A DNA stretch of 64,000 nt from Opitutia bacterium UBA4506 (GTDB lineage: Bacteria > Verrucomicrobiota > Verrucomicrobiia > Opitutales > Puniceicoccaceae). Where the stretch lies: the NCBI GenBank assembly GCA_002388665.1, contig DGMY01000040.1, positions 8,093-72,092 on the forward strand, written 5' to 3'. Positions within the stretch are counted from its first letter, which is position 1, and each line of letters starts with the position of its first letter. A model generated the notes under the pieces. It saw only the letters and a program-made list of their open reading frames with translations. It did not search any database and had not been told where the DNA came from. Below, one piece after another: positions 18,890-28,772 of this stretch. Made by a program: the position numbers and the translations under genes.

Positions 18890-19867
18890 CTACAATTGAA
18901 GACCCTCTTTGACCGCTGAGTGAATCTCTTCGTCGAGATTGGCTTGGAAGTCGTAGGGGATCTCTTTTCCGCCGGTAAGGGCGCTGTAGATGCCGAAGTA
19001 TCGCTGGGTCAGTTCCGCGCGAAGTTCTTGGGGGGCTTCGGGAAGCTCTTCGTCGTTATACGGGTCGCAGCGCTTGGCGTACCACAGTCGGAGAAACTCC
19101 TTATCTGCACTCTCGGGCTCTTCGCCTCGTGCGATGCGGCCGGGAAGGGACTCGGCCTTCCAGAAGCGACTCGAGTCGGGGGTATGAATCTCATCAATTA
19201 GGATCAAGCTGCCGTCGGGTCGAAGACCCATTTCATACTTGGTATCGGCTAGAATGTAACCCGCATCCTCGGCAATTTTCGCCCCGAACTGAAAAAGGGC
19301 GAGGGCAGCGGCAGACGCTTGGTTCCAAACGTCTTGGCTCAATAAACCTCGCTCCACCGCCTCGGCTCCGGAAATCGGTTCATCGTGTTCATCGTCTTTT
19401 GTGGTCGGGGTGAGGATCGGCTCGGGGAGACGATCATTCTTGCGGAGTCCCTCGGGGATACGGTTGCCACAGTATTCTCGAGCCCCCGCCTTGTAGTGAG
19501 TCCACAATGATGTTGAAGTGGAGCCTGTCATATAGCCGCGCACGACAAATTCGACGGGTACCGGAGTACAGTCTTCGGCGATGAGGACGTTGGGATGGGG
19601 GATCCCGATCAGGTGGTTGTCGATGATGTGTTGGGTCTCAGCGAACCACCATGCACTCAGTAGGTTGAGGATCCGACCCTTCAGAGGAATCGTCGTGATG
19701 GACCGGTCGAAAGCACTGAGTCTGTCGGTCGAGACCAAGGCGATTCTCCCATTCTCCGCGTAAATGTCCCGAACTTTGCCAATCTTCTTCGGCAGAGGAC
19801 AATTGGTTTCCTCGAGAACTTGTTGAAACAGTTCTGCGAGATGGGAGTCTAGTTCGGAGAATCGCAT
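18890..19867 (-). CDS. purC: Phosphoribosylaminoimidazolesuccinocarboxamide (SAICAR) synthase
   Basis: GKVRDIY, DRLSAFD, EFVVRGY.TGS, ILTPTTK, DTKYEMG, DEIHTPDSSRFW. Confidence 0.95.
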   Translation of the reverse strand: MRFSELDSHLAELFQQVLEETNCPLPKKIGKVRDIYAENGRIALVSTDRLSAFDRSITTIPLKGRILNLLSAWWFAETQHIIDNHLIGIPHPNVLIAEDCTPVPVEFVVRGYMTGSTSTSLWTHYKAGAREYCGNRIPEGLRKNDRLPEPILTPTTKDDEHDEPISGAEAVERGLLSQDVWNQASAAALALFQFGAKIAEDAGYILADTKYEMGLRPDGSLILIDEIHTPDSSRFWKAESLPGRIARGEEPESADKEFLRLWYAKRCDPYNDEELPEAPQELRAELTQRYFGIYSALTGGKEIPYDFQANLDEEIHSAVKEGLQL

Positions 19868-19875
19868 GAAGGGAG

Positions 19876-21165
19876 TCAGGAAGGAATATCAGTTCGCTCG
19901 CAGACGGAATCGGCTATCGGATTGTGGAAGATATGAGTCGAAACGATCTGTGGCAGAAGCGATTGCTTGGCCTCGGCAGATTCGAACGACAGGATCCATA
20001 GTACTGAGCGCCCCAGCCGTGTCGGGTAGGGGAGATGGAACCGGTGGTGAAGGGTCTCGAGAATATGTCCCCCTTGGAGATCGTCCCGAGGAGTCACCTG
20101 AAGGATTGCAGTCGTGGAGGGGTCACCCGCTGGGCTGCGATTGATAAACTCCTTGTTGCTGTTGAACAGCTCACCGGTTTCGGTGAGGACCTTCTCCCAA
20201 TCATCTGGGAAATCATCGCCGTCGAGATCCCAGAGGATGCGCCGTTTAACCGAAACCGCGAAACCCATTCGCTGGAGACATTGCTCAACGGAACGGGCCG
20301 TAGTATCGGTGATGATCAGAGACACTGGGATGGTCTTGCCGGTCGACTCAACTGTGCAGCATCCAATTTCCTCTTTGGGAAGAGAGTACTGGAGAGCAGG
20401 CGCTTCGGTGGTTGCGCGTGATTCCATGGCCTCCCGCATGGAAGAGAAAATGGCATCACCCAAAGGAGTACGCTCGGGGTGGGGCATCATGGCCATCACG
20501 TTTCCCGCAGGATTGCAAACGGCGGCCAAATTGGCGGCGGAGCCATTTGGGTTGATTGGGAAATGTGAATCGGGCTCACCCTGGCTGTCGCTGTATTGGA
20601 ATACCCCCTGCCCGTTTGCAATAAGCTCCTCCAGTAGTTCTGGAGAGGCGAGGAAGCGACCCTCTGCATGGGCGAAGGGAACGTGGATGGTTTCCCCTTC
20701 CTTCAAGTGACGCGTGAAGGCGGTGCGTTCGGGAGCGACTGCGGTGCGCAAATGGCACCAATCGTTAAAGAAGCCGGACCCGAGGAGATGATCACCGACC
20801 TGGCGTCGATTTGGTGCGAGAGCCATGGCGGTGCGCCGATCGGAGACGCCGGGAACCAAGCCGCTCTCGACGAGGACCTGAGCGCCATTGCAGATACCGA
20901 GGACGGGTTTGCCCTTGTCTGCCTCAGCCGCGACGGACTTCAGTACTGGATCGAGTGAGGAAAGAACACCTGCGCGGGAGCGATCCTCGTAGGAGAAGCC
21001 TCCAACGATAAAGAACCCATCGAAGTCGGCGAGTTCTGCTGGATCGCGATTCCAAAGAAACTCCTCCGGCTGCATCCCGTTTCGTCGGATGGCTGCGGCG
21101 GACTCCGCCTCGCAATTGCTTCCGGGAAATTGGACAATGGCTACCCGTTTCATCTGTTCGCTCAT
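19876..21165 (-). CDS. purQ: FGAM synthase glutaminase subunit PurQ fused to two PurS-like domains
   Basis: FPGSNCE, GGFSYED, GICNGAQ, AHAEG, NPNGS, MPHPER; about 180 extra C-terminal residues with two PurS-like segments. Confidence 0.9.
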   Translation of the reverse strand: MSEQMKRVAIVQFPGSNCEAESAAAIRRNGMQPEEFLWNRDPAELADFDGFFIVGGFSYEDRSRAGVLSSLDPVLKSVAAEADKGKPVLGICNGAQVLVESGLVPGVSDRRTAMALAPNRRQVGDHLLGSGFFNDWCHLRTAVAPERTAFTRHLKEGETIHVPFAHAEGRFLASPELLEELIANGQGVFQYSDSQGEPDSHFPINPNGSAANLAAVCNPAGNVMAMMPHPERTPLGDAIFSSMREAMESRATTEAPALQYSLPKEEIGCCTVESTGKTIPVSLIITDTTARSVEQCLQRMGFAVSVKRRILWDLDGDDFPDDWEKVLTETGELFNSNKEFINRSPAGDPSTTAILQVTPRDDLQGGHILETLHHRFHLPYPTRLGRSVLWILSFESAEAKQSLLPQIVSTHIFHNPIADSVCERTDIPS

Positions 21166-22202
21166 TTCAGCAAGACCTTCTGATTTCCTTCGATAACCGA
21201 TCCGACCCGATACGCGTCGCCGCCGTCATTGCGGATGGCTTCCAAGGCGGCATCTGCTTGATCGGCTGGAACGACCGCGACCAAACCGACACCCATATTA
21301 AATGTGCGGTACATCTCGAGCTCCTCGACCTCACCGAGTTTCGCGATCACATCGAAAACAGGGAGTTTGGGCCAAGTGCCTTTCTCGATCTCAACCGCGG
21401 TTCCCTCAGGGAGAATTCTTGGAATGTTCTCGAGGAAACCGCCGCCGGTGATGTGGGACAGACCCTTGAGATTAATTCCTGAGGATAGCCACTTCTCGAT
21501 GGGCTTGCGGTAGTTCAGGTGCGGGCGAAGCAAGGCGTCGCCAACCGATTCACCCAACTCGTCCAAATGATCTTCGGTCGTCATCTTCGCGATCTCGAAG
21601 AAAACCTTACGAGCGAGTGAGAAACCATTGGTGTGTAAGCCGGATGAGGGGAGGGCGATCACGGCATCACCTACGGAAATCGAAGCACCATTGATGATCC
21701 GGTCCTTCTCGACCAAGCCGGTTACGCAGCCGACGATATCGTGCTCGCCGGGGAGGTAGGTCGAAGGCATCTCGGCGGTTTCTCCACCCACCAAGGCGAT
21801 CCCGTTCTCGCGGCAATTTTCAACCATGCCGGAAACGATCTCTTCGACCACGGCTGGATCGAGCTTCTCGTTGGCGATATAGTCGAGGAATGTGACTGGC
21901 TGAGCCCCGTGAACGAGAATATCGTTGGTCGTGGCACTGACCACATCGATACCCAGATTGTAGTATTTACCGGCCATTTTGGCGACCGATACCTTCGTCC
22001 CAACCCCGTCGATGCTTTGGATAAGGACAGGGTTGTTGTAATTTTTTAGCGTGGTTCCCAGCTCGACCATGGAGCCGAACGCACCCAGACCCGTGAGGAC
22101 TTCCGGTCCAAAGGTAGTTTTGACGAGAGGTCCAATCCGGTTGACGGCCTCGTTGCCGGCGTCGATATCGACTCCGGAGGATTTATAATCGGTTTTTGCC
22201 AT
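21162..22202 (-). CDS. purM: Phosphoribosylformylglycinamidine cyclo-ligase (AIR synthetase)
   Basis: YKSSGVDIDAGN, DGVGTK, LVGGETAEMP, SSGLHTNGFSL, HITGGG, RTFNMGVG. Confidence 0.97.
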   Translation of the reverse strand: MAKTDYKSSGVDIDAGNEAVNRIGPLVKTTFGPEVLTGLGAFGSMVELGTTLKNYNNPVLIQSIDGVGTKVSVAKMAGKYYNLGIDVVSATTNDILVHGAQPVTFLDYIANEKLDPAVVEEIVSGMVENCRENGIALVGGETAEMPSTYLPGEHDIVGCVTGLVEKDRIINGASISVGDAVIALPSSGLHTNGFSLARKVFFEIAKMTTEDHLDELGESVGDALLRPHLNYRKPIEKWLSSGINLKGLSHITGGGFLENIPRILPEGTAVEIEKGTWPKLPVFDVIAKLGEVEELEMYRTFNMGVGLVAVVPADQADAALEAIRNDGGDAYRVGSVIEGNQKVLLK

Positions 22203-22227
22203 GGCGTTGAAAAGTTCAGTAATAGTG

Positions 22228-24630
22228 TCAGGATTCTAGTTCCGTGCGAAGACCGTTTTCCCACGCGTCCGCCAATTCGGACAAGGGCAGGTCAAGGAGT
22301 GGGGCGATTCGGAACTGATCGCCGCCAGTTTGGCCAATTGAATGGAGAGTGACCCCTCGGATTTTGCAGAGAGATTCAAATGCAGCCACCTTGGATTCGG
22401 GTACCTCTACCAAGTAGCCGCCGAATTCACCCAGGAGGTGAGCTGGAGTATTTCCCAGTTGGTCGTGATCGATTGTTACCCCGATCCGATTGGCGATGGC
22501 ACTTTCCGCCAATGCGATGATGAGGCCGCCATCGGAGACATCGTGGCAGGCATTGATCAGGCCTGTTTCGATGGCATTGATGAGGGCCTGAGCGTTCTTT
22601 TCCTCCTCGGGGAGGTTGGGCTCGGGGATGCGGGGTGAATCGATTCCTTTGGACTCCAAGTAAATGGAGCCGGCAAGAGTATTCGCGAACTCGCCCACAT
22701 GGAAGACCCGGGATCCCTGCTCCTGGAAGCCGAAAGGCACCGCCTTGGACGCGTCGGGCATGCGGCCGAGACAGGCGATCATTGGGCTCGGTGGGATGGG
22801 TTGCCCCTGAGATTCATTGTAGAGAGAAACATTCCCACCGATGATGGGGATCGGGGCCTCTGGATAATCGGGGAGGTGAAGCGATTTCGCTGTCTGGGCA
22901 ACCGCTCGCATCCCGGCGACAAAGTCACCCATCTGTTCGGGTTTTTCCGGATTCCCGTAGCAGAGGCAGTCGGTGAACGCGACTGGACGGCCTCCGGTAG
23001 CGCAGACATTGCGGTAGGATTCGACGACTGCCCATGCCGCGCCGCGTCCTGCATCGATGCGATTGTGGCGTGGGTTCTGGTCCAGACTAACGACGGCGCC
23101 GGTTTCGCGGATCTCTTCGGGCCACTCGGGATCGACGAACGGCCGGAAAACCCCGGCGTCCCCTTTACCCGCTTCCACCTGAGTGGAGCCCTGAACCTGC
23201 TTGTCGTAGGATTCGAAAATCGGCTTGCGCGAAGCAATGTTCGGGTGTGCCAGAAGATCGATGAGATCTTTCGGCAAATCATCGAGAGAAATCGTGGGTT
23301 CTGCGACCGTGCTGTCGGAGTATTCCGGAAGAATAAATTCGCGGTCGTAGACGATCCCTTTGGTCACCTCTGCGGCTGGAGCCTCTACGAGAATTTCGCC
23401 ATTCCAAGTCACGCGGTAGAGTCCATCGTTGCGGATCTTGCCGACTACGGAAGCCTTGGCCCCATTGGAGACTTCGGGCAGGGCAAACGTCTCGTTGTAG
23501 TGCGAGAGGATGAGATCCACTAGATCATGGGGGACGGCCCACATGAATCGCTCCTGCGTCTCGGAGCAAAGGATCACGTGCGGGGGAAGACCTTCCATTC
23601 CCACGTGGACTTTCTCCACCTCCACCTCAGCCCCATATCCGGCTGAATCGGCGATCTCGACACTGGCGCAGGCGATCCCTCCTGCACCGAGATCCTTGAA
23701 TCCGACGCGGTCGATGTCGCCGCGTTCCAAGAGAATCTTATGCAGGGCGTAGGTGGCTTTGAGAAGATGCCGTTCGAGGAAAGCATTTGGCTCCTGCACC
23801 GCTCCCTTGTTCTTCTCCTTCTCATTTTCATCCAACTCGCCTGAGGCGAAGCTGGCTCCGCCAAATCCGCTATTGTCGGTTGGTTTTCCGACTAGAATCA
23901 GCGCATAGCCGTCAGCATTCTTGGGGGCATGGGAGTGGAGGATCGCGTTCTCTGCGATGGCTCCCAAAGTCATTACCGTCACCAGGCAATTGTCGTTGTA
24001 GCCCGCGTCGAAGTAGACATCGCCGCAAAGGTTGGGAATCCCCAAAGGGTTGCCGTATCCGGCGATACCGGCCACGACCCCCTGTTGGATCCACTTGCTC
24101 TTGGGGAGTTTGATGTCTCCAAAACGCAGCCCGTCACCCACGGCGACGACTTTCGCACCCATGCAGCAGACATCGCGTACGTTTCCGCCAACACCAGTGG
24201 CAGCTCCTTCGTAGGGAACCACCTGAGAAGGGTGGTTGTGCGATTCATGACTCGCGGCCAGGCCGTAGCGGATGCCGTTTTTGTCCCGGGCGATCTCTAC
24301 GATCCCCGCATCCTCTGAAGGACCGAGAATTACATTGGGACCGTCCGTGAGGAACTCCTTCAAATGGATACGGCTACTCTTGTAGGAGCAGTGCTCGGAA
24401 CCCTGAATCGACCACAGAACACACTCAGCAAGTGTGGGCGGGCGTTTGAGGATCCGATTTTGAATCTGGAGCGCTTCGTCGGGCGTCAGTGCAAGATTGT
24501 GTTCCCGAATTAGGGCGCGAATGGCGTCCTCTTCCAGATTGGAGAAATCGAGCGTGATCGGCGTGGTATTAGACCGGGTCATTTTGTTCAGATCAGGGGT
24601 TCCCTGTCGTGGAGTCAATTCCCCAGTCAC
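22228..24630 (-). CDS. purL: FGAM synthase subunit PurL (small type)
   Basis: SEHCSYKSS, EDAG, ESHNHPS, GAATGVGG, DLGAGG, ILCSETQERF, GGNVSLYNE, HDVSDGG; start may be 24582. Confidence 0.95.
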   Translation of the reverse strand: MTGELTPRQGTPDLNKMTRSNTTPITLDFSNLEEDAIRALIREHNLALTPDEALQIQNRILKRPPTLAECVLWSIQGSEHCSYKSSRIHLKEFLTDGPNVILGPSEDAGIVEIARDKNGIRYGLAASHESHNHPSQVVPYEGAATGVGGNVRDVCCMGAKVVAVGDGLRFGDIKLPKSKWIQQGVVAGIAGYGNPLGIPNLCGDVYFDAGYNDNCLVTVMTLGAIAENAILHSHAPKNADGYALILVGKPTDNSGFGGASFASGELDENEKEKNKGAVQEPNAFLERHLLKATYALHKILLERGDIDRVGFKDLGAGGIACASVEIADSAGYGAEVEVEKVHVGMEGLPPHVILCSETQERFMWAVPHDLVDLILSHYNETFALPEVSNGAKASVVGKIRNDGLYRVTWNGEILVEAPAAEVTKGIVYDREFILPEYSDSTVAEPTISLDDLPKDLIDLLAHPNIASRKPIFESYDKQVQGSTQVEAGKGDAGVFRPFVDPEWPEEIRETGAVVSLDQNPRHNRIDAGRGAAWAVVESYRNVCATGGRPVAFTDCLCYGNPEKPEQMGDFVAGMRAVAQTAKSLHLPDYPEAPIPIIGGNVSLYNESQGQPIPPSPMIACLGRMPDASKAVPFGFQEQGSRVFHVGEFANTLAGSIYLESKGIDSPRIPEPNLPEEEKNAQALINAIETGLINACHDVSDGGLIIALAESAIANRIGVTIDHDQLGNTPAHLLGEFGGYLVEVPESKVAAFESLCKIRGVTLHSIGQTGGDQFRIAPLLDLPLSELADAWENGLRTELES

Positions 24631-24817
24631 ATGACGATGAGATTCACCGAAAAAATGCAGTGGTAAAATTCGAGTTTTCCCACTTTTGCGGAGCGGTTGA
24701 GATTAGGTGGGATTCGTTCTCGGGCACCAGATGATTCCTGTTTTGCCCTTATTAAACATAATAGATGAATTAAAAATCGGCATTGCAGAATAAAGGAATT
24801 TGTGAAACGGTTGTGGG

Positions 24818-25588
24818 ATGTCGCATTCTCAGACAGTTCAATCGCTCCACCGGGGACTGGATCTCCTCGAGTCGATTGCGGATGCTTCGCAAGGATTGAC
24901 CAGCAAGGAACTGGCCCAGCGAACCCGGCTTAAGAGTACGACGTTTTTCAATTTAGCGCGGACATTGGTAGAGCGGGGATACCTGCAAAAATCGAACACT
25001 CGACCGGTGATTTACTCGATGGGTCCGGCGCTGGAGGAGCTGTGTGGTGGGAATGTATCGACCAGCCGGGCCGCATTGGATGAATCACTGCTGCGACTAT
25101 CGCGCCAGTTTCCCGCTTGGCGGTTTGTCACGGCGGAAGCGCACGGGGTGGACATCAGGATTGCTCATGCCATCGAACCGGCGCGCCCCGAAACCGTCTT
25201 GCACGACACCCGTAAGTGGATGCCACCCTATACCTCAGCATCCAGCCTATGCCATCTTGCGTTTTGGCCGAGCGAGCGCGCGAAATCGTTTCAAGCGGCC
25301 TATCCATTCCCGATGTATGGAGTTGGCCTGTGGGGCAGGGAGGAGAAGCTCGATCAGGCGATCGCTGACTTCCGAGCCAAGGGGGCGGTGGAGATTTACG
25401 AACTCAGCCCCGCACGAATGGCGGTACCCCTATACAATCGAAACAACCAGCTAGTCGCTTCCCTGGGAGCTAGTTCTACCTCGGGGCTGGAGCATGCCCG
25501 GGAGGATCTGGTGGCCATTCTTGAGTTGTTAAAAACCGAGGCGAAATTTCTATGTCCCCACCTCGGTCGGGTTCCTTCGGAGACCTGA
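24818..25588 (+). CDS. IclR family transcriptional regulator
   Basis: VQSLHRGLDLLE..GLTSKELAQ..LKSTT.FNLARTLVERGYL; C-terminal AVP......VASLG. Confidence 0.85.
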   Translation: MSHSQTVQSLHRGLDLLESIADASQGLTSKELAQRTRLKSTTFFNLARTLVERGYLQKSNTRPVIYSMGPALEELCGGNVSTSRAALDESLLRLSRQFPAWRFVTAEAHGVDIRIAHAIEPARPETVLHDTRKWMPPYTSASSLCHLAFWPSERAKSFQAAYPFPMYGVGLWGREEKLDQAIADFRAKGAVEIYELSPARMAVPLYNRNNQLVASLGASSTSGLEHAREDLVAILELLKTEAKFLCPHLGRVPSET

Positions 25589-25620
25589 TCCACACTGTTT
25601 ACTCCAAACACGATTACAAA

Positions 25621-26724
25621 ATGAAAGAACAAACACTACCCATCATCGACGCGGACGTCCACCACGCACCGGACCCTGCGGGCATCAAAAAGCACATGCC
25701 TCGTGCGTTGGCAGAACGTGGACTCATCGTGCCCGGTGCGCAGGGGTATCGCAATCCGCATGGTGTTGATCGTCGCGACGCGGTCCCGCCCGGTGGAGGG
25801 AAGCCCTGTTCTGATCCCGCGTACGCGCTGGAGCATCATTTCGAGCCCAACAACATCAAGTATGGTATTCTTCACCCAGGTGGAACGCTCGGGGTCGGTG
25901 TAGGTGCCGATTACCGGCTCTCTGCGGCGATTTGCAGCGGCTACAATGATTACATGTTGGAAAGTTGGTTGAGCTTTGATGAGCGGTTTGTGGGCGCTCT
26001 ACTCGTGGCTCCAAACTGGCCGGAAGCGGCAGCAAAGGAAATTCGGCGAGTCGGCCACCGTCCGGAGTTTCGTGAGATCATCATGACTTCGGCCTCGGAA
26101 TCTCCCTTTGGTAACGTCCGCTATTGGCCGATCTATGAGGCTGCGAGCGAAGTCGGCTTGCCAGTAGCCTTTCACCCCGGCGCGGAAAGCAACGGCATCG
26201 GAAATCGATCCTACGCGGGTACGCCGTCGAGTTATTTTGAATGGCACACCAGTCTTTCGCAGAACTACATGGGGCAGATCGCCTCCCTGGTCATCGAGGG
26301 AGTCTTCAATGAGTTTCCTAGCTTGAATTTCATTGCTGTCGAGGGTGGGTTTGCCTGGTTGCCTCACCTGATGTGGCGCCTGGATAAGAACTGGAAGGCG
26401 CTGCGCGAAACAACACCTTGGCTAACAGAGCCTCCCAGTGAAATGATCATGCGTCACGTGAAGATGACGACTCAGCCGATTGAAGAGCCGACGAAGGCTG
26501 AGCATTTGCTCCAAATTTTCGACATGATTGACGCCCCGAATACGCTAATGTTTTCCAGTGATTATCCGCACTGGGATGGCGACGATCCAAGATTTGTAAT
26601 CCCTCGTAAACTGGGTGAAGAAGTGCGCCGGAAGATCTTCTACGACAATGCTGCCGAAATGTACGGCCTGCCCAAGATTGAAGCGCAGGAGTCCGCTGAA
26701 GTCGCAACCGGGGAGGGGAACTAA
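25621..26724 (+). CDS. Amidohydrolase family 2 protein, candidate dinuclear oxygenase
   Basis: IIDADVH, AICSGYNDY, FHPG, VEGGFAWLP, FSSDYPHWD; stop overlaps the Rieske gene start. Confidence 0.85.
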   Translation: MKEQTLPIIDADVHHAPDPAGIKKHMPRALAERGLIVPGAQGYRNPHGVDRRDAVPPGGGKPCSDPAYALEHHFEPNNIKYGILHPGGTLGVGVGADYRLSAAICSGYNDYMLESWLSFDERFVGALLVAPNWPEAAAKEIRRVGHRPEFREIIMTSASESPFGNVRYWPIYEAASEVGLPVAFHPGAESNGIGNRSYAGTPSSYFEWHTSLSQNYMGQIASLVIEGVFNEFPSLNFIAVEGGFAWLPHLMWRLDKNWKALRETTPWLTEPPSEMIMRHVKMTTQPIEEPTKAEHLLQIFDMIDAPNTLMFSSDYPHWDGDDPRFVIPRKLGEEVRRKIFYDNAAEMYGLPKIEAQESAEVATGEGN

Positions 26725-27167
26725 TGCCGAAAACAAAGCATCGAGTCTGCCGGGCGAATGAGTTGAATAAGGGGGAGCACCGTATCGTGGAAATCGATGG
26801 GAAATCGATCGGCGTGTACAACGTCGGAGGTTCTTATCATGCGATCCGCAATCTGTGCCCGCACCAATTGGCCCCATTGTGCAAAGGACACCATGGAGGG
26901 ACCACACTGCCTGGGAAGGTCGGAGAGTTTGAGTATGGAATGGAGGATCAGGTTGTTCGTTGCCCATGGCACGGCTGGGAGTTCGACGTGACCACCGGGC
27001 GCAGCCTCTTTAACCCTCATCGCTGTCGCGTGAAATCCTATAAAGTATTTTGCGAGGATGAGAATGGTAATACCCAGGAGAAGACTCTGTCGTCAGACGA
27101 TCCCGATCCCTCTGTCGAAACCTACCCGGTTTCGGTCGAAGAAACCTGGGTGGTCGTGGAGGCGTAG
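26724..27167 (+). CDS. Rieske [2Fe-2S] ferredoxin
   Basis: CPHQLAPLC and CPWHGWEFD ligand motifs. Confidence 0.92.
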   Translation: MPKTKHRVCRANELNKGEHRIVEIDGKSIGVYNVGGSYHAIRNLCPHQLAPLCKGHHGGTTLPGKVGEFEYGMEDQVVRCPWHGWEFDVTTGRSLFNPHRCRVKSYKVFCEDENGNTQEKTLSSDDPDPSVETYPVSVEETWVVVEA

Positions 27168-27442
27168 TTCGCTTTAATAATTCGATTTCTCTTGAGGGTC
27201 TCGATCGGGTGTATCGAGGCCCTCTTTGCGATCGAGAGGAGTGTAGCACTGGAGGGCTCGATTCTCCGATCATACGACCGCGCGCCTGTCCGTCTACTCC
27301 ATTCGCGGGTGTCGTCATTCGGCTAGGCCCGAACCGTGTATGTGATTACTGAAAATGTGAGAAAAATTGACGGCGGAGATTTGCCATTGCGGAGATTCTG
27401 CCTTCTCTTCGAAGCGTTGCATTTTATTAAACCAAAACACCT

Positions 27443-27955
27443 ATGAAACGAACCATTGCCTCGCTCTTTTCTTTTTCAATTTTGATCTCCGCACTGAACG
27501 GCGGGACCCTCCAAGAGAACCTATCAGAGGATCTGGTAAAGCTGGATGGAGAGGAATTGGTTTCGGCTTCCGACGCCCTGGAAGGGAAGGAAATCATCGC
27601 AGTCTACTATTCGGCTCACTGGTGCCCTCCATGCCGTCAATTTACACCAGGACTCTCTGAGTTCTATGATGAAGCCTCTGCCGAGTATCCAAACTTTCAG
27701 ATGGTATTCATGAGCAACGATCGCAGCGCGGATGCGATGGAAGGGTACATGAAGTGGGGTAAGATGAACTTCCCTGCTATCAAATATGATGAGCGCGGAG
27801 AATCGGGACTGGAAAAGTTTTCTGCCCGGGGAATTCCTTACCTAGTCGTGCTGGATGCCGACGGGAATCAACTTCTCGGCAAGGCGCCCGGAGAGTCTTG
27901 GCAGAGCCCTGCGATTACTTTGGCGGATTTGAAGAAGCTGCTTAAGGATTCTTAA
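27443..27955 (+). CDS. Secreted thioredoxin-like protein (nucleoredoxin/tryparedoxin type)
   Basis: Signal peptide; YYSAHWCPPCRQFTP, GIPYLVVLD. Confidence 0.88.
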   Translation: MKRTIASLFSFSILISALNGGTLQENLSEDLVKLDGEELVSASDALEGKEIIAVYYSAHWCPPCRQFTPGLSEFYDEASAEYPNFQMVFMSNDRSADAMEGYMKWGKMNFPAIKYDERGESGLEKFSARGIPYLVVLDADGNQLLGKAPGESWQSPAITLADLKKLLKDS

Positions 27956-28004
27956 TTAGCGAGGAGCTGTTGGTCCTACGGGATCGCTGCCTAATCCATT
28001 TAGC

Positions 28005-28047
28005 AGAAAGCATCCGGCAATCGTAATTGTCCGGGTGCTTTCTTGTT
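28005..28047. terminator. Hairpin between convergent genes, likely bidirectional terminator
   Basis: AGAAAGCATCCGG...CCGGGTGCTTTCT followed by TGTTT. Confidence 0.6.
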
Positions 28048-28772
28048 TACAGAGGGACTTCTGCTGGATTCACGCCTTCGGCGAACTTGTCTTTAAAGTC
28101 ACTGGCCGAGATAATTTCCACGTGGCCATCGGCAAATAGGTAAGGTGCCGAGCCCTTCGTGCGGTCTGATGAGCGATTGCCCGTACGATGACGGTCGGGC
28201 TCGATATCATTGAGTGCGGAGATCCAATTCGTCCATTCGCCTCCGTGGATGTGGTCTCTGGTCACGTTCGGTGTACGATCTTCGCTCAGAATAAAAAGGA
28301 TGTGGGTTTGCGCAGGATTTGGAATCCTTCGGGGAAAGCGGTAATTGACGTCGTCGAAGACCAGGTCATTGAGGACGTAGCTGGTTGAATTGCGATCAAG
28401 GATCCGCTGGCGGCGTTCCTCGGGGTCAGCGGGACAGATCCGGATCGTATCGATGCTATCAGTAAAGTATTCGTCCAACTCGTACAGCCAGCTCTCATTC
28501 AGCCGAAAGGGGCTAACAGAGTGAGTGGTGGGCGGATAGATGCCTTCGTTGTCGTTCGCGTACAGTTGCAGCGCCAGGCCGATTTGCCGTTGGTTCGAGG
28601 CGCACTGCACTAGCAAGCTCTTGGTGCGGACCTTGCTTACCGAGGGGATGACGATACCCGCCAGCATCGCAACTATTGCAATAACAACGATGGCCTCAAC
28701 CAAGGTGAAGCCAAACGAAGCGCGGGAGCCATAGGGCCCCCGCGCAATCTTTGAATTGGAAACAGATTTCAC
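28047..28772 (-). CDS. Prepilin-type N-terminal cleavage/methylation protein with H-X9-DG-type C-terminus
   Basis: GFTLVEAIVVIAIVAMLAGIVIP; CASNQRQIGLALQLYANDN; HRTG..GSAPYLFADGHV. Confidence 0.88.
   Translation of the reverse strand: MKSVSNSKIARGPYGSRASFGFTLVEAIVVIAIVAMLAGIVIPSVSKVRTKSLLVQCASNQRQIGLALQLYANDNEGIYPPTTHSVSPFRLNESWLYELDEYFTDSIDTIRICPADPEERRQRILDRNSTSYVLNDLVFDDVNYRFPRRIPNPAQTHILFILSEDRTPNVTRDHIHGGEWTNWISALNDIEPDRHRTGNRSSDRTKGSAPYLFADGHVEIISASDFKDKFAEGVNPAEVPL

Noticed and set aside
22699-23523. 274-aa plus-strand ORF
   Set aside because: Antisense shadow within purL; likewise the long shadows at 6173-6895, 15252-15989, 33255-33812 and 51619-52407
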